Source: an uncultured Bdellovibrionales bacterium
Lineage (GTDB): Bacteria > Patescibacteriota > Minisyncoccia > Moranbacterales > UBA1568
Direction of reading: 5' to 3'
Assembly (NCBI GenBank): GCA_964436855.1
Contig: CAYTED010000008.1
Span: 4,158-68,157, forward strand
DNA length: 64,000 nt
Below the pieces are notes generated by a model that ran no database searches, was not told the origin of the DNA, and saw only the letters and a program-made list of their open reading frames with translations. Shown here piece by piece: positions 26,818 through 36,678 of the stretch (position 1 is the first letter of the stretch; each line of letters opens with the position of its first letter). Made by a program: the position numbers and the translations under genes.

Positions 26818-28398
26818 TTATATTATCTCTCGAATCTCTGCTCCGATCGTTCCGTCCGATACCTGAATTTCTATTGTATCACCTTTCTTTGCTTGTTTGA
26901 CGCTTCGGATAAGCTTTCCGCCACTTCGCACCAGGCTGTATCCAAGTGACAGTGCGCGGTTCGGATCGTATTCACGGAGTTTTTCTTCCATACGAAGAAT
27001 CGATTCATAGTATTTTTCTCGCGCGGTTTCGAAACATGAAACCATATTTTTCTCGAATTCCCCAATTCGTTCGGCAGAAGATTTGAGGGAAAATCGGATA
27101 TGTTCGAAGGATCGAAGAAGACTTTCTTCCGCCCGAACAAAACGCTCCTTGAGTTTTGGGAATGCGAGAGACAGTATTTCTTGGGATCGGGAGAACGTAT
27201 GCCTCACATTTAAAAGCTCCCGCTCAAATCGCTCGGCCAGTATTATTTCCGCGTGTCGCACCTCTTGCCTCGCGCGTTCGAACGGTTCGCGAATCGTCCG
27301 AGCGGTCGCGGTCGGGGTCGATACCATAGAGTCCGCCACAAGCGCCGCGAGCGTGATATCTTTTTCGTGTCCGATACCAAGAAGCGTCGGGATTTTGGAA
27401 TTCGCCACCTCGCGCACGAGCGTTTCATTATTGAATGCCTGCAAGCTCTCAAGACTTCCTCCGCCACGAGTTATCACGAGGAGATCATATTTCTCCGGTG
27501 TTTGGCTGAAGAACTTGAGTGCTTCGAGAATTTCAAACACGGCTTTTTTCCCCTCGACACTCGTCGGATAAAAATCAACCGAAAGACCAAGCATCCCGAG
27601 ATTCATCGTAAAGTCTCCAATGGCCGCCCCCTCGCGAGACGTAATAAGCGCGATCCGCTCGGGAAATTCTGAAAGTTTCCGCTTTCGTTCCGGCGCGAGC
27701 AACCCTTCGGTTTCCAATTTTCGCAAGAGCTCATCGTACGCTTTCTTGAGCGCGCCTTCGCCCGCATATTCGATCACCCCGACCTTCAAAGAGAGTCTCC
27801 CATTCGGCTTGTACATTTCCGGAACACCCTCAACAATAATTTCATCCCCCACCGAAAGACGTATCCCTGACACCTGATACTGATAACGGAACATAAGACA
27901 ATTCAGTGTACTTCCATCCTCCCCGTCTTTGATCGTAAAATAGACGACGCGATCACGCTCATCGACGCTCGATACTTCGCCACGCACCCGTGCCGCCATA
28001 CCAGAGAGCTCCATATTGAGCGCATCGAGAAATTGGGAAACGGACAAGGTATCAGGTATTGGATATGGGGTATTGGAAATTTCCTCCTCCCCTCCTTTCA
28101 AGGGAGGGGATTGAGGGGAGGTTTTCATTTCAGACTCAAGCCCCTCCCTACCCTCCCCTTGGAAAATGGAAGAAGAAGAGGTATGTTCGTTTATAATCTT
28201 CAAAATCATCTTCCCATACTTTCCAAATTTCGCTTCCTTAATTCCCTTCACGCCCAAAAGCTCTTCTTTTGTTTTCGGAAGGACGCGCGCGATTTCTTCG
28301 AGTGTCGCATTCGGAAGCACGCGGTACTGTTCGACTCCCTCAAGTCGAGCCTGCTCTCCGCGCCACTGTCGCAGTGTCTGAATCAAGTTCTTCATCAT
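26818..28398 (-). CDS. xseA: Exodeoxyribonuclease VII large subunit with an N-terminal HRDC domain
   Basis: HRDC LRQWR...YRVLPNATLEEIA...GIKEAKFGKYG, then SVSQF OB-fold, ITRGGGSLESL.AFN, GIGHEKD and TPTA. Confidence 0.92.
   Translation of the reverse strand: MMKNLIQTLRQWRGEQARLEGVEQYRVLPNATLEEIARVLPKTKEELLGVKGIKEAKFGKYGKMILKIINEHTSSSSIFQGEGREGLESEMKTSPQSPPLKGGEEEISNTPYPIPDTLSVSQFLDALNMELSGMAARVRGEVSSVDERDRVVYFTIKDGEDGSTLNCLMFRYQYQVSGIRLSVGDEIIVEGVPEMYKPNGRLSLKVGVIEYAGEGALKKAYDELLRKLETEGLLAPERKRKLSEFPERIALITSREGAAIGDFTMNLGMLGLSVDFYPTSVEGKKAVFEILEALKFFSQTPEKYDLLVITRGGGSLESLQAFNNETLVREVANSKIPTLLGIGHEKDITLAALVADSMVSTPTATARTIREPFERARQEVRHAEIILAERFERELLNVRHTFSRSQEILSLAFPKLKERFVRAEESLLRSFEHIRFSLKSSAERIGEFEKNMVSCFETAREKYYESILRMEEKLREYDPNRALSLGYSLVRSGGKLIRSVKQAKKGDTIEIQVSDGTIGAEIREII
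28048..28165. repeat. Palindrome/heptamer-derived in-frame linker in xseA
   Basis: TCCCCTCCTTTCAAGGGAGGGGA hairpin plus GTATCAG/GTATTGG/ATATGGG/GTATTGG heptamers; encodes TSPQSPPLKGGEEEISNTPYPIPDT. Confidence 0.65.
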
Positions 28399-28454
28399 AA
28401 GACATAGTATACCAAAAAGCCCCACGACTCGCGCGGGGCTTTTTCCCAATGGTA

Positions 28455-29306
28455 TTACTTGAGATATTTGTCGACTGCCGGTTGCATTTCTTTGAAGCTA
28501 TACGCTCCGGCGAATCGATCCGTATTCACGAAAAACCCGGGCGTTCCCGATACACCGAAGGATTGTGCCGTCGCGGTGTCTTCCGCGAGTTTCGCATCGT
28601 ATTTCCCACTCTCAAGACACGTCTTCATTTCATTTGCGGGCACGGCTGACTTCAAGAACTCCGCGAGCGTTCCGATTTTCGTCTTGTCGTTTTTTACGTC
28701 GTTATTGAGCACATTGAACCCTGCTTCACTCATCAGGAGATCATGCGCTTCCCAGAATTTTTTCTTCTCATTCGCGCAGTACAGAGCTTTTGTTCCAAGC
28801 TCTCCGTTGCCGTGTCCGTTCTGATACACCCAGACAAACGCCGCCTTTCCCTCGTCCACCATTTTCTTCATTTCCGGAACTGGCGCAACGTAGGCTCCAC
28901 CATCGGACTCAAGCGTAAAACGCGCTCCGGCTTCTTTGTTCAGTGCCGGATTTTTTCCTCCCGCTATATGGCAAAATGGGCAACTTGGATCGCTGAATTC
29001 CACAAACACAACCTTGCTGTCTTTTTTTCCAAATGTGAGATTTTTTCCATTGAAAAGCCCTCGGACTTGATCCATGGAAACTTTTACTTCCCCTTGTCCG
29101 TTTTCCGCACCTTGTTGCGCTTGCGTATTTGCCTCCGATTTTTTGCCAAAATTTCCACCCATCACAACCGCGAGCGCGACAATAATACTCCCCAAAAGAA
29201 TCGCCCCCGATACAAGCCACGCATCCTTCCCGGCCATCGAGAGAAACCCCTCTCCCCCCTCTTTCCGCATTTCTTCCATATACATAATATTACTGATTAT
29301 CTTCAT
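28455..29306 (-). CDS. DsbA-like thioredoxin-fold protein
   Basis: EFSDPSCPFC, GVSGTPGFFVN and an N-terminal TM. Confidence 0.88.
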   Translation of the reverse strand: MKIISNIMYMEEMRKEGGEGFLSMAGKDAWLVSGAILLGSIIVALAVVMGGNFGKKSEANTQAQQGAENGQGEVKVSMDQVRGLFNGKNLTFGKKDSKVVFVEFSDPSCPFCHIAGGKNPALNKEAGARFTLESDGGAYVAPVPEMKKMVDEGKAAFVWVYQNGHGNGELGTKALYCANEKKKFWEAHDLLMSEAGFNVLNNDVKNDKTKIGTLAEFLKSAVPANEMKTCLESGKYDAKLAEDTATAQSFGVSGTPGFFVNTDRFAGAYSFKEMQPAVDKYLK

Positions 29307-29360
29307 TCTCTCCTGTGTAGTATACCATATCGTATTTCTTCCTTGTTTGCAGCCGTTTCT

Positions 29361-30578
29361 CTAGAGAAGTCGCAGCGCTTGCGGGAAGAAAATAAGCAAA
29401 AACCCGAGAAAGAGCATCAGAAGCCCCCCGATCAGATTCGCCCACTTCGAATACGTCGCCGTCAAATGAAGCTTTTCAAATCCCCACAGTGCCAATCCAA
29501 AAACAAGCAAATCGTCAATCATATAAAAGAAAATATAAATCGCCATCAATCCTTGTGTTGGGAAAAATCCGAGATGATTCAGTTCGAGAATTTTCGTGAA
29601 AGCCTGCGGAATACCGATCGAGCAGGCGAATTCGATCACATTTACCGAAAAAGCGAGCGCAATCACTCCGAAGGCGGAGATCCACGTCAGCGGCTCGCTT
29701 GCGAGTTTTTTGATTTGCGCGGAAATTTTTGCCCGACCCTTGGTATCCATGACCTTGCACGTCCCATCGGATATTTTCCATTCGTACAAGAAAAAAATTC
29801 CGCCGCCAATCGCAAGTATCCCAACAATCGGAGTAATCACCCGATCAAGGCCGATAAAATCAAATGTCGTGAACCAAACATTTAAAATCAGGTAGTACAT
29901 AATCGCCTCGGCAACGATAAATAATCCGGCGATGGACCACATCCGCGACCGATTCCCCATCTGCAAGAGCACGAGAAGAAATGTGACAAGCACCCACATC
30001 GCGCACGGATTAAATCCATCGATAAACCCAAGAATACCCGCCATGACTGGCAACGAAAATACGGTGAGATCAATCGTCTGTCCGGTAAAAGGAATCGTGA
30101 TTTCGAGTGGTTCCGGTTCGGGTTTACGACAAAGACCATCACTCTCACAACCCAACCCGGATTGCTCAACCCCCGTCCCACCCCCGCGTGCGAGATACAC
30201 TTCGAATCCAATTTGTTCCTTTCCTTTTGAAGCATGAACAAGCTCGAGGAAGCGTTTCCCAGTTGTTTCTCCGGTATCAAAACCCTGAATGATTTTTCCT
30301 CCGGCAATCGTCGTCGGTGTTACCTTTGGAAGATTTTCGAATTCAGCTACACGAATAAACAAATCCCGATTTTTTTCTTCGGAAATATCCAGAAATCGAA
30401 TTTCGATATTTTCTTTTTCGGCAACCGAAAGAAGAAAACTTTTTTCTTCCTGACAGTGTGCGCAATCATTTCGCTCAAGCACCTCAACGAGCGGTTTTGC
30501 TTCGGCCCGAGCAATATGCGAAGATCCCGCTGCCACCCACGCCAGTGCAATGGTAAACAGTATTGCCGTTTGTTTCAT
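29361..30578 (-). CDS. Glutaredoxin-domain / CcdA-DsbD-like membrane redox protein
   Basis: CAHC thioredoxin fold; DGFNPCAMW and IEFACS TM cysteines. Start at MKQTAIL. Confidence 0.8.
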   Translation of the reverse strand: MKQTAILFTIALAWVAAGSSHIARAEAKPLVEVLERNDCAHCQEEKSFLLSVAEKENIEIRFLDISEEKNRDLFIRVAEFENLPKVTPTTIAGGKIIQGFDTGETTGKRFLELVHASKGKEQIGFEVYLARGGGTGVEQSGLGCESDGLCRKPEPEPLEITIPFTGQTIDLTVFSLPVMAGILGFIDGFNPCAMWVLVTFLLVLLQMGNRSRMWSIAGLFIVAEAIMYYLILNVWFTTFDFIGLDRVITPIVGILAIGGGIFFLYEWKISDGTCKVMDTKGRAKISAQIKKLASEPLTWISAFGVIALAFSVNVIEFACSIGIPQAFTKILELNHLGFFPTQGLMAIYIFFYMIDDLLVFGLALWGFEKLHLTATYSKWANLIGGLLMLFLGFLLIFFPQALRLL

Positions 30579-31303
30579 ATTATTTTGGTATAATGATTTT
30601 TTTCCGCCTGAAATATTCGGTATTGATCGGCAACAAACGAAAAAAGTTTGCTTAATAACGGGAAAAACGGTTTCCATGCGAATATTTTGAGACCGATATA
30701 CGATCCAAGAAGAACTATCGCCTCAAGTGCGCGGAGTGTCAGCTCGCGATCCGCTCCTGCGATAAATCGATGCACGACAATAAACAAGAACGCCGGATAT
30801 ACGAGAAAGTGCACTCGCTTCCAATACTTCCCCAGCCATCTTATCGAAAAAACATTTGATGTGATAAGAAGCGGTAGTAAAAGAAAAAGCCCCAAAGATC
30901 CAGAAAAGAGAAACATATCGATCAGTGTCGGTTGCGCCGGCAGTATCGGAAGTACGATTGTCCCCGCGGCAATCATATATCCCAATCCGTGTACGAGCGC
31001 GGTGTACCCCATAAGAATCCCCAGTTCACGACGAAATCCCATCAGCTGGAGTAGGAACCGCATTCGCGTCATTTTTGAAAGCGGACTGATAAAAAGAATA
31101 ATAATAAGGAGATTTCCGGAAAAGTTTCCATACTCCCGCTGCCACTCTGGGACAAAAATCCCGAGCAAACTAATATGTGCAACCACCAAAAGAGAGCGTT
31201 TTATCGAGACCAAATACTTTGCTAAAACATCAGAGGCGAGATCATGCGCCCAAAACAAACTCCGGAACATCGACCACAGCTTTCTCGTAACACGCTGATT
31301 CAT
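30575..31303 (-). CDS. Ferric-reductase-like heme membrane protein (MsrQ/YedZ-like)
   Basis: FRRELGI, LVHG, ITSN..SIRWLGKYWKRVHFLVY and VVH. Confidence 0.8.
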   Translation of the reverse strand: MNQRVTRKLWSMFRSLFWAHDLASDVLAKYLVSIKRSLLVVAHISLLGIFVPEWQREYGNFSGNLLIIILFISPLSKMTRMRFLLQLMGFRRELGILMGYTALVHGLGYMIAAGTIVLPILPAQPTLIDMFLFSGSLGLFLLLPLLITSNVFSIRWLGKYWKRVHFLVYPAFLFIVVHRFIAGADRELTLRALEAIVLLGSYIGLKIFAWKPFFPLLSKLFSFVADQYRIFQAEKNHYTKII

Positions 31304-31306
31304 AAT

Positions 31307-31471
31307 TTATTTGTTTTCCACGGAAGAGCGACCTCCTTTTTCCGGAATCACTTCCGAATGCTTTCGGTCTCCGTATTCTGCAAACAAGAGAAGAAAGAGA
31401 GTCAACAAAAAAATCTGAACAATGCCCAACAAAAAGAATATCCCTCGACGTTCAAACCATTTCTCTTCCAT
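31307..31471 (-). CDS. Small single-TM protein (54 aa, below the ORF-track cutoff)
   Basis: Manual translation MEEKWFERRGIFFLLGIVQIFLLTLFLLLFAEYGDRK...; fits between its neighbours on the same strand. Confidence 0.5.
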   Translation of the reverse strand: MEEKWFERRGIFFLLGIVQIFLLTLFLLLFAEYGDRKHSEVIPEKGGRSSVENK

Positions 31472-31513
31472 TTGACCATCATATCCGAATTCATCCTTGT
31501 TGTCGAAAAGAAA

Positions 31514-32374
31514 TTATCGACTCGCGATTATTTGGTAATACTGATCAACATCGGAAATCCATTTTTGCACGCTTTTGGGAGAATGTGTCGCGCAGGATGA
31601 TCCGCATTTCCAGACGGTCATCCGCGCGGGATCGCTCGTCTCCCGAAGCGCCACAAGCTCGGCGAGTCGGTTCCCTACTTTTTCCACCGCCTCTTCGGGG
31701 GTACCGAAACAACCGTGTCCCATCGCCACCCCGCGTTCTCCGGCACCCTTAAATCCCCAATAATTAAAACAATCCGCACCATCAGTTGCTCGCGGAACCC
31801 GACGTCCCCAATTCGATTCTTTTTTGGCGATTCCCACAAGGAGCGCCGCGATTTCCCGATCGAATTTCGAGATTGCCGGCGCCATTGTTTCAATAGGATA
31901 CCCCGTCGTAAGCGAAACAATCTCTTCTTCGAGTTCCCGATTTTGAGAATCATCCGTCAACTCATCCTTCTTTGGCTTGCTCGCGAGAACGAACAAATCC
32001 CTCTCAATCGAGCACTCCCTGCTTTCCGGCGCGGCATTGTCCGGAAGTCCGAAAAAATGAAGTTCTCTTTCCAAATCACAGAGCGAAAAATCCTTTGATT
32101 GCGCTACCGGGAAATCAAATGCTTTCGCGTTCCGAACCGGAATCACGGTTTCTCCGATCAAAAAAACGCCCAAAAACAGGATAGTAAACGACAGGAAGGC
32201 TATTTTCGTTTTCCGCAAAAAATACACTCGAAACATCTCGAGTACGAGAAAGCAGCCCCCAAAGAAACCTCGTTTTTCACCCCGATTCATTTGACGCATA
32301 GATTTTTCAAACAGACTCCCATCATACCAAAAAAACGACAAAACGGCAATTGACAAAACTCCGTAAAATTCCAT
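31514..32374 (-). CDS. Membrane-anchored lysozyme/glucosaminidase-like protein, paralog 1 (start uncertain)
   Basis: GIAKKESNWG, NYWGF and WKCGSSC. Confidence 0.6.
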   Translation of the reverse strand: MEFYGVLSIAVLSFFWYDGSLFEKSMRQMNRGEKRGFFGGCFLVLEMFRVYFLRKTKIAFLSFTILFLGVFLIGETVIPVRNAKAFDFPVAQSKDFSLCDLERELHFFGLPDNAAPESRECSIERDLFVLASKPKKDELTDDSQNRELEEEIVSLTTGYPIETMAPAISKFDREIAALLVGIAKKESNWGRRVPRATDGADCFNYWGFKGAGERGVAMGHGCFGTPEEAVEKVGNRLAELVALRETSDPARMTVWKCGSSCATHSPKSVQKWISDVDQYYQIIASR

Positions 32375-32393
32375 ACCTGTGGCTTATTTTAAG

Positions 32394-32420
32394 CAAAAAA
32401 CAGCGGTTGAACCGCTGTTT
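32394..32420. terminator. Intrinsic terminator
   Basis: AAAAAACAGCGG-TTGAA-CCGCTGTTTT. Confidence 0.65.
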
Positions 32421-32443
32421 TGATATTCCTCTCTCTTGGGGCG

Positions 32444-33475
32444 TTATTCCTCTCCGATTTCATTCAGCTTCTTATAATACCCCTCCACGTCGGCAATCCA
32501 TTTCCGAACGCTTTCCGGACTGTGCCCTGTGCAAGAATATCCGCATTTCCAGATGATCATTTCCTTTGGCGTGTCGCGCTCGTATTCGAAAATCAACTTC
32601 TCGATCCTATGCGCCACCGAATCAACCGCGTCTTTTCGGCTATTAAAACACGTATGCCCACCCGTCCCCATCAAACGTCGTTTCTCACGAAATCCCCAAT
32701 AATTGTAGCAATCCTGCCCATCAAGCACCGGAACCCGACGCCCCCAATTCGATTCTTTTTTTCCGATACCGATAAGAAACGTCGCCGTAATCCGGTCCTT
32801 TTCAAAAATATACGGAAGCATTTCTTCAATCGGGTATCCCTTTACCAGCCGCCTGACCTCTTCTTCGAATTTCTCTTGCTTGTCCTCCTCGATAAAATCG
32901 GAAAGTATCGAGAGTTCGAACGGTTTTTCATTGGAAAAATTTTCTTCTTTTGCCGCTTTTTCGAGAAGCATAGCCACATCGTCGGGCGACAATTCATGAC
33001 TCTCCGTATCGGCACCGGCAACGACCGGGTCGCGATCGGCGGATGCGTTCTTATTAATCACTCCTTCAATCAGATGCGTTCCGGTCATCCCGATAATCAA
33101 AGCAAGAAGTATCGACACTCGCACCGGCTTTAAAGCGGTATGCGCAAACGATCCGGGAGCCAAGAGACGGTGTTTAGAAGAAAACCGATGCCATGCGACG
33201 CGGATACGATATTCGAAAACGGTCGAACGGTTCCGCCACATCCCCACTCGCTCGGACCATTGAGAGCGCAGAAAGGTTCTCCGGAGGCGGAATATGAAGG
33301 CGGAAACCATTTTTTTTCCTCTCGCGCAAAGAGATATTTTTGAATTTTTTTCCGGGTTCGTTTGTTCTTCCGTAGCGAAACGACGCGCGGAAATTGTCGG
33401 GGCATGAAAAGACGGAGTATGTGCCCCCCGCGTTTGAATATTTTTCGTCCTTTGGATATCGATACTTCTTCCCAT
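32444..33475 (-). CDS. Membrane-anchored lysozyme/glucosaminidase-like protein, paralog 2
   Basis: GIGKKESNWG, NYWGF and WKCGYSC; C-terminal domain clearly homologous to 31514-32374. Confidence 0.6.
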   Translation of the reverse strand: MGRSIDIQRTKNIQTRGAHTPSFHAPTISARRFATEEQTNPEKNSKISLCARGKKMVSAFIFRLRRTFLRSQWSERVGMWRNRSTVFEYRIRVAWHRFSSKHRLLAPGSFAHTALKPVRVSILLALIIGMTGTHLIEGVINKNASADRDPVVAGADTESHELSPDDVAMLLEKAAKEENFSNEKPFELSILSDFIEEDKQEKFEEEVRRLVKGYPIEEMLPYIFEKDRITATFLIGIGKKESNWGRRVPVLDGQDCYNYWGFREKRRLMGTGGHTCFNSRKDAVDSVAHRIEKLIFEYERDTPKEMIIWKCGYSCTGHSPESVRKWIADVEGYYKKLNEIGEE

Positions 33476-33511
33476 CGTTTTTGTTTTTATCCTTCTTTCT
33501 CCGAAATACTG

Positions 33512-33907
33512 TTATTGACTCTCCTCTCCTCCGGCCGATTTTTTGAAAAATCCGATAACGCTCGGCGTTCCCACAAAACACTCCCCGTTCGCGTACACAA
33601 ACGGAACCCCCATTCCATCCGGTTGTATATTGCAACTCTCCGCGCGAAGTTTCATTTCTTTGGCGTTCTTTTTGTCATGCCACACTTCTTTTTTTACAAA
33701 ATTCACTTTTTCAGCAATGTTGTTTTCCTCCAAAAAATTCGAAACGTCCTTGCAGTGCGGGCATTCCGCTCCGTAGAAATATGTCGCCACAGAGGAATCT
33801 TCTCCCAGCACAGCTTCTTCCGTATCCGGTTTCTCCGACAATCCCCAATACGCCACCCCTCCAATCAAAAAAGCGAGAAACAACGCGAGTGTAATCATTT
33901 TCCCCAT
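33512..33907 (-). CDS. Membrane-anchored glutaredoxin/thioredoxin-like protein
   Basis: FYGAECPHC, GVP cis-Pro motif and an N-terminal TM. Confidence 0.75.
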   Translation of the reverse strand: MGKMITLALFLAFLIGGVAYWGLSEKPDTEEAVLGEDSSVATYFYGAECPHCKDVSNFLEENNIAEKVNFVKKEVWHDKKNAKEMKLRAESCNIQPDGMGVPFVYANGECFVGTPSVIGFFKKSAGGEESQ

Positions 33908-33914
33908 AATAAAG

Positions 33915-34760
33915 TCATCGAGAATCAAGTACGGATATTGTACCGTTTTTTCGAGAAAAAAGGAAGATTCCGCCACAAATAACCGTCAATACGGCATACA
34001 CTTGCCCGAGAGTAAGCGATTGGAATATCGCCACCTCTCCACTGCCCGGTTCCCGGACGTACTCCAAAAAAAACCGGAACAGTCCATACCAAACAAGAAA
34101 ATACCCCGCAAGTGTTCCCGATGGCCGATTTCCTTTCTTTTTCCAGAGAAAAAACAATATCCAAAACAATATCCCTCCCTCAAAAAAAGCTTCGTACAAT
34201 TGGCTCGGGTGACGAAGAAGACTCTCATTCCCTCGAAAATACATCCCGAGAAAAAAGTCAGTCGGACGACCATAGAGCTCCCCGTTTAAAAAATTCCCCA
34301 GTCGACCGAAAAAAATCGCCACCGGAGCCGAAAGAGCGAGGAAATCCACCGCTTGAAACAACTCCCGTTGTCGCCCTCGAAAAAGAATATGAAGCGCAAG
34401 TATCACTCCGATCAACCCGCCAAAAAAACTCATTCCGGAAAGACCGACGAAGTTTCCTCCCGAATCAAAGGGAAAAAAAAGCCGAAGCGGATGCTCGAGA
34501 AAATACTCCGGCATATACAACACCGCGAATCCGATTCGCCCGCCCAAAAGCGCCCCAAAAAAAAGACCGACGCTCTCATCAAATCCAAGTTTCCCGCGAT
34601 CCTGTTTATTTTCAAAAGACTTCCCCTGCACAAAACGAAGCACGAAATATGCCACAAAAAATCCGATCATCCAGCCGATCGAATACCATCGAAATGAAAA
34701 CGATCCGATCGAGAAGGCGACCGGATCGATCGAAAGCGGAAGATATGCCCACCCATTCAT
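33915..34760 (-). CDS. lgt: Prolipoprotein diacylglyceryl transferase
   Basis: IDPVAFSIG, GGRIG, GRLGNFLNGELYGR and RHPSQLYE. Confidence 0.93.
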   Translation of the reverse strand: MNGWAYLPLSIDPVAFSIGSFSFRWYSIGWMIGFFVAYFVLRFVQGKSFENKQDRGKLGFDESVGLFFGALLGGRIGFAVLYMPEYFLEHPLRLFFPFDSGGNFVGLSGMSFFGGLIGVILALHILFRGRQRELFQAVDFLALSAPVAIFFGRLGNFLNGELYGRPTDFFLGMYFRGNESLLRHPSQLYEAFFEGGILFWILFFLWKKKGNRPSGTLAGYFLVWYGLFRFFLEYVREPGSGEVAIFQSLTLGQVYAVLTVICGGIFLFSRKNGTISVLDSR

Positions 34761-34768
34761 ATATTCTT

Positions 34769-35857
34769 TTAGAGCTCTTTTGCCTCACCGGGAAAATGAC
34801 TCGGGTCATTGTATGAGTCAAGTTGTTTTTTAAACTCCATTCCATAGATTTCCCACAGCGCCATAAAAAGCGAAACGACGATCGGCCCAAGAATAAACCC
34901 CGGTATCCCAAACAAAGAAATCCCCCCAAGGGTTGCAAAAAAAACAAGAAGCGGATGCATTTGCGTATCTTTTCCAACCAATTTCGGTCGAAGGATATTG
35001 TCGATAAGCGAAATGACTCCAAAACCAATCCCGAGAACAAGCGCCCCTTGCCACACTTGCCCGGAAAGAAACAGGATGATCGCCGCCGGAAACCACACCG
35101 CTCCCGTTCCAACCATCGGAATGATCGAAAAAAGAAACATCAACACTCCCCAAATAACCGATGAAGGAATTCCCACTACCCAAAACAAGAGCCACCCAAT
35201 TGCCCCTTGTATAACACCAATCACAAGCGTTCCCTTCATAGTCGCCCGACTCATCGAAACAAATTTTTCCACCAATAACTTTTCATGTCGGTCTCGGAGC
35301 GGCGAAAGACGCATCACATATGAAATCGCCTTTTTTCCATCAATAAGAAAATAGTAGAGCGTAAAGAAAAGAATAAACACGAAAAAAACAAATTGACTGA
35401 TACTTGTGTAAGCTGCCTGTAAAATTCCGACAAAATTTTCCCCCAATCCTCGAATACTTCCTAGTATTTCCTTTTCATCCAATGATTTTCCAAAGAACGT
35501 ATCCGTTCCGGGGAGAGATCGAAGATTCTCTACCAATCCCCCGATAAAAATCTCAGCTGTTTTTCCTTCTCCGAAGGAATGATAAAAATCATTCGCCTCC
35601 CCAGCGACAGCTGAAAGTGTCGCCACAACCGGAGTTACCAAAACAAACACAATAAAAAGGCAAGTAAAAAACGAGGCAATGCGAATATGACTCCGAAAGA
35701 GCTTGAGAAAAAATTGATGCGGTCGCTGAAAAAGCGCCGCGAAAACCGCCGCAACGATAATCGCTGACAGAAACGGTTGAAACAGAAAAAACACCGTGGC
35801 CCCCACAAATAAAATCAGCCCGAAAAAGAAATACACATTGAGATGATGCAGATACAT
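34769..35857 (-). CDS. AI-2E family transporter
   Basis: IDNILRPKLVG, HPLLVFFATLGG and GFILGP. Confidence 0.88.
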   Translation of the reverse strand: MYLHHLNVYFFFGLILFVGATVFFLFQPFLSAIIVAAVFAALFQRPHQFFLKLFRSHIRIASFFTCLFIVFVLVTPVVATLSAVAGEANDFYHSFGEGKTAEIFIGGLVENLRSLPGTDTFFGKSLDEKEILGSIRGLGENFVGILQAAYTSISQFVFFVFILFFTLYYFLIDGKKAISYVMRLSPLRDRHEKLLVEKFVSMSRATMKGTLVIGVIQGAIGWLLFWVVGIPSSVIWGVLMFLFSIIPMVGTGAVWFPAAIILFLSGQVWQGALVLGIGFGVISLIDNILRPKLVGKDTQMHPLLVFFATLGGISLFGIPGFILGPIVVSLFMALWEIYGMEFKKQLDSYNDPSHFPGEAKEL

Positions 35858-35985
35858 ACGAGAGCGATACTATGGATAATAAATACCGGATGAAAAAACG
35901 ACTTCCAATCACCCCTCCTAGTATAGCAAAACGAGACGCTCGAAAAAAGCGTCTCGTTCTCAAATACGGTATCGATCGAGAAAGA

Positions 35986-36663
35986 TTACTTTTTCTCCTT
36001 CTCCTCTTCCCCGGCTTCGGAAGGAGCCTCTGTCTTCACAACTCCCTCAACCTTTGTAACATCCATCTCCACTTTTTCCGACAACGATGCGATTTCCGCT
36101 TCGGTTCGCGGCGCCATCACCGATGCGATAACCGTTCCCGGATCGGCATCGATCGTAACCCCTTTCGGCACTTTTATATCGGACACCTTGATATGATCAT
36201 CAAATGTCGCAAGAATCGAAAGGTCGACATCAAGCGTATGCGGGAGATCTTTCGGTAACGCTTTCACCGGAAGTTCTTCGATAGATTTTACGAGAATACC
36301 TCCTTGTTCGCGAACCGCCGGAGCCTCCCCCGAAAACGTGATCGGCACATTCGTCTCAATCTCCTCATCCATTCGCACCTCAAAAAAATCGGCGTGCAAG
36401 AATCGGTTCGACATCGGATCAATCTGCACATCGTGAATAAGCACATTCGCGGTTTTCCCTTCTCCAATGGAAAGCGAGAGCAGGGTGTTTTCACCGGCCG
36501 CTTTGTACGCCTTGGAAAATTCGAGGTATCCGAGAGAAATATTTTTCGGTTCAATTTTATGCCCATATAAAACCGCCGGAAGTATTCCGTTCTTTCGAAG
36601 ATTCACCAATTTCTTTCCTGTCTCTTCGCGGAGATTCGCCGCGAGCTTGATTGTTTCACTCAT
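35986..36663 (-). CDS. rplY: 50S ribosomal protein L25/Ctc
   Basis: LRKNGILPAVLYG and HADF. Confidence 0.92.
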   Translation of the reverse strand: MSETIKLAANLREETGKKLVNLRKNGILPAVLYGHKIEPKNISLGYLEFSKAYKAAGENTLLSLSIGEGKTANVLIHDVQIDPMSNRFLHADFFEVRMDEEIETNVPITFSGEAPAVREQGGILVKSIEELPVKALPKDLPHTLDVDLSILATFDDHIKVSDIKVPKGVTIDADPGTVIASVMAPRTEAEIASLSEKVEMDVTKVEGVVKTEAPSEAGEEEKEKK

Positions 36664-36678
36664 AAAAAAATTATTCGG

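Noticed and set aside
31514-33475. Paralogous gene ends as a second TR/VR pair
   Set aside because: Differences are mostly synonymous and not adenine-restricted, and both copies are within full genes.
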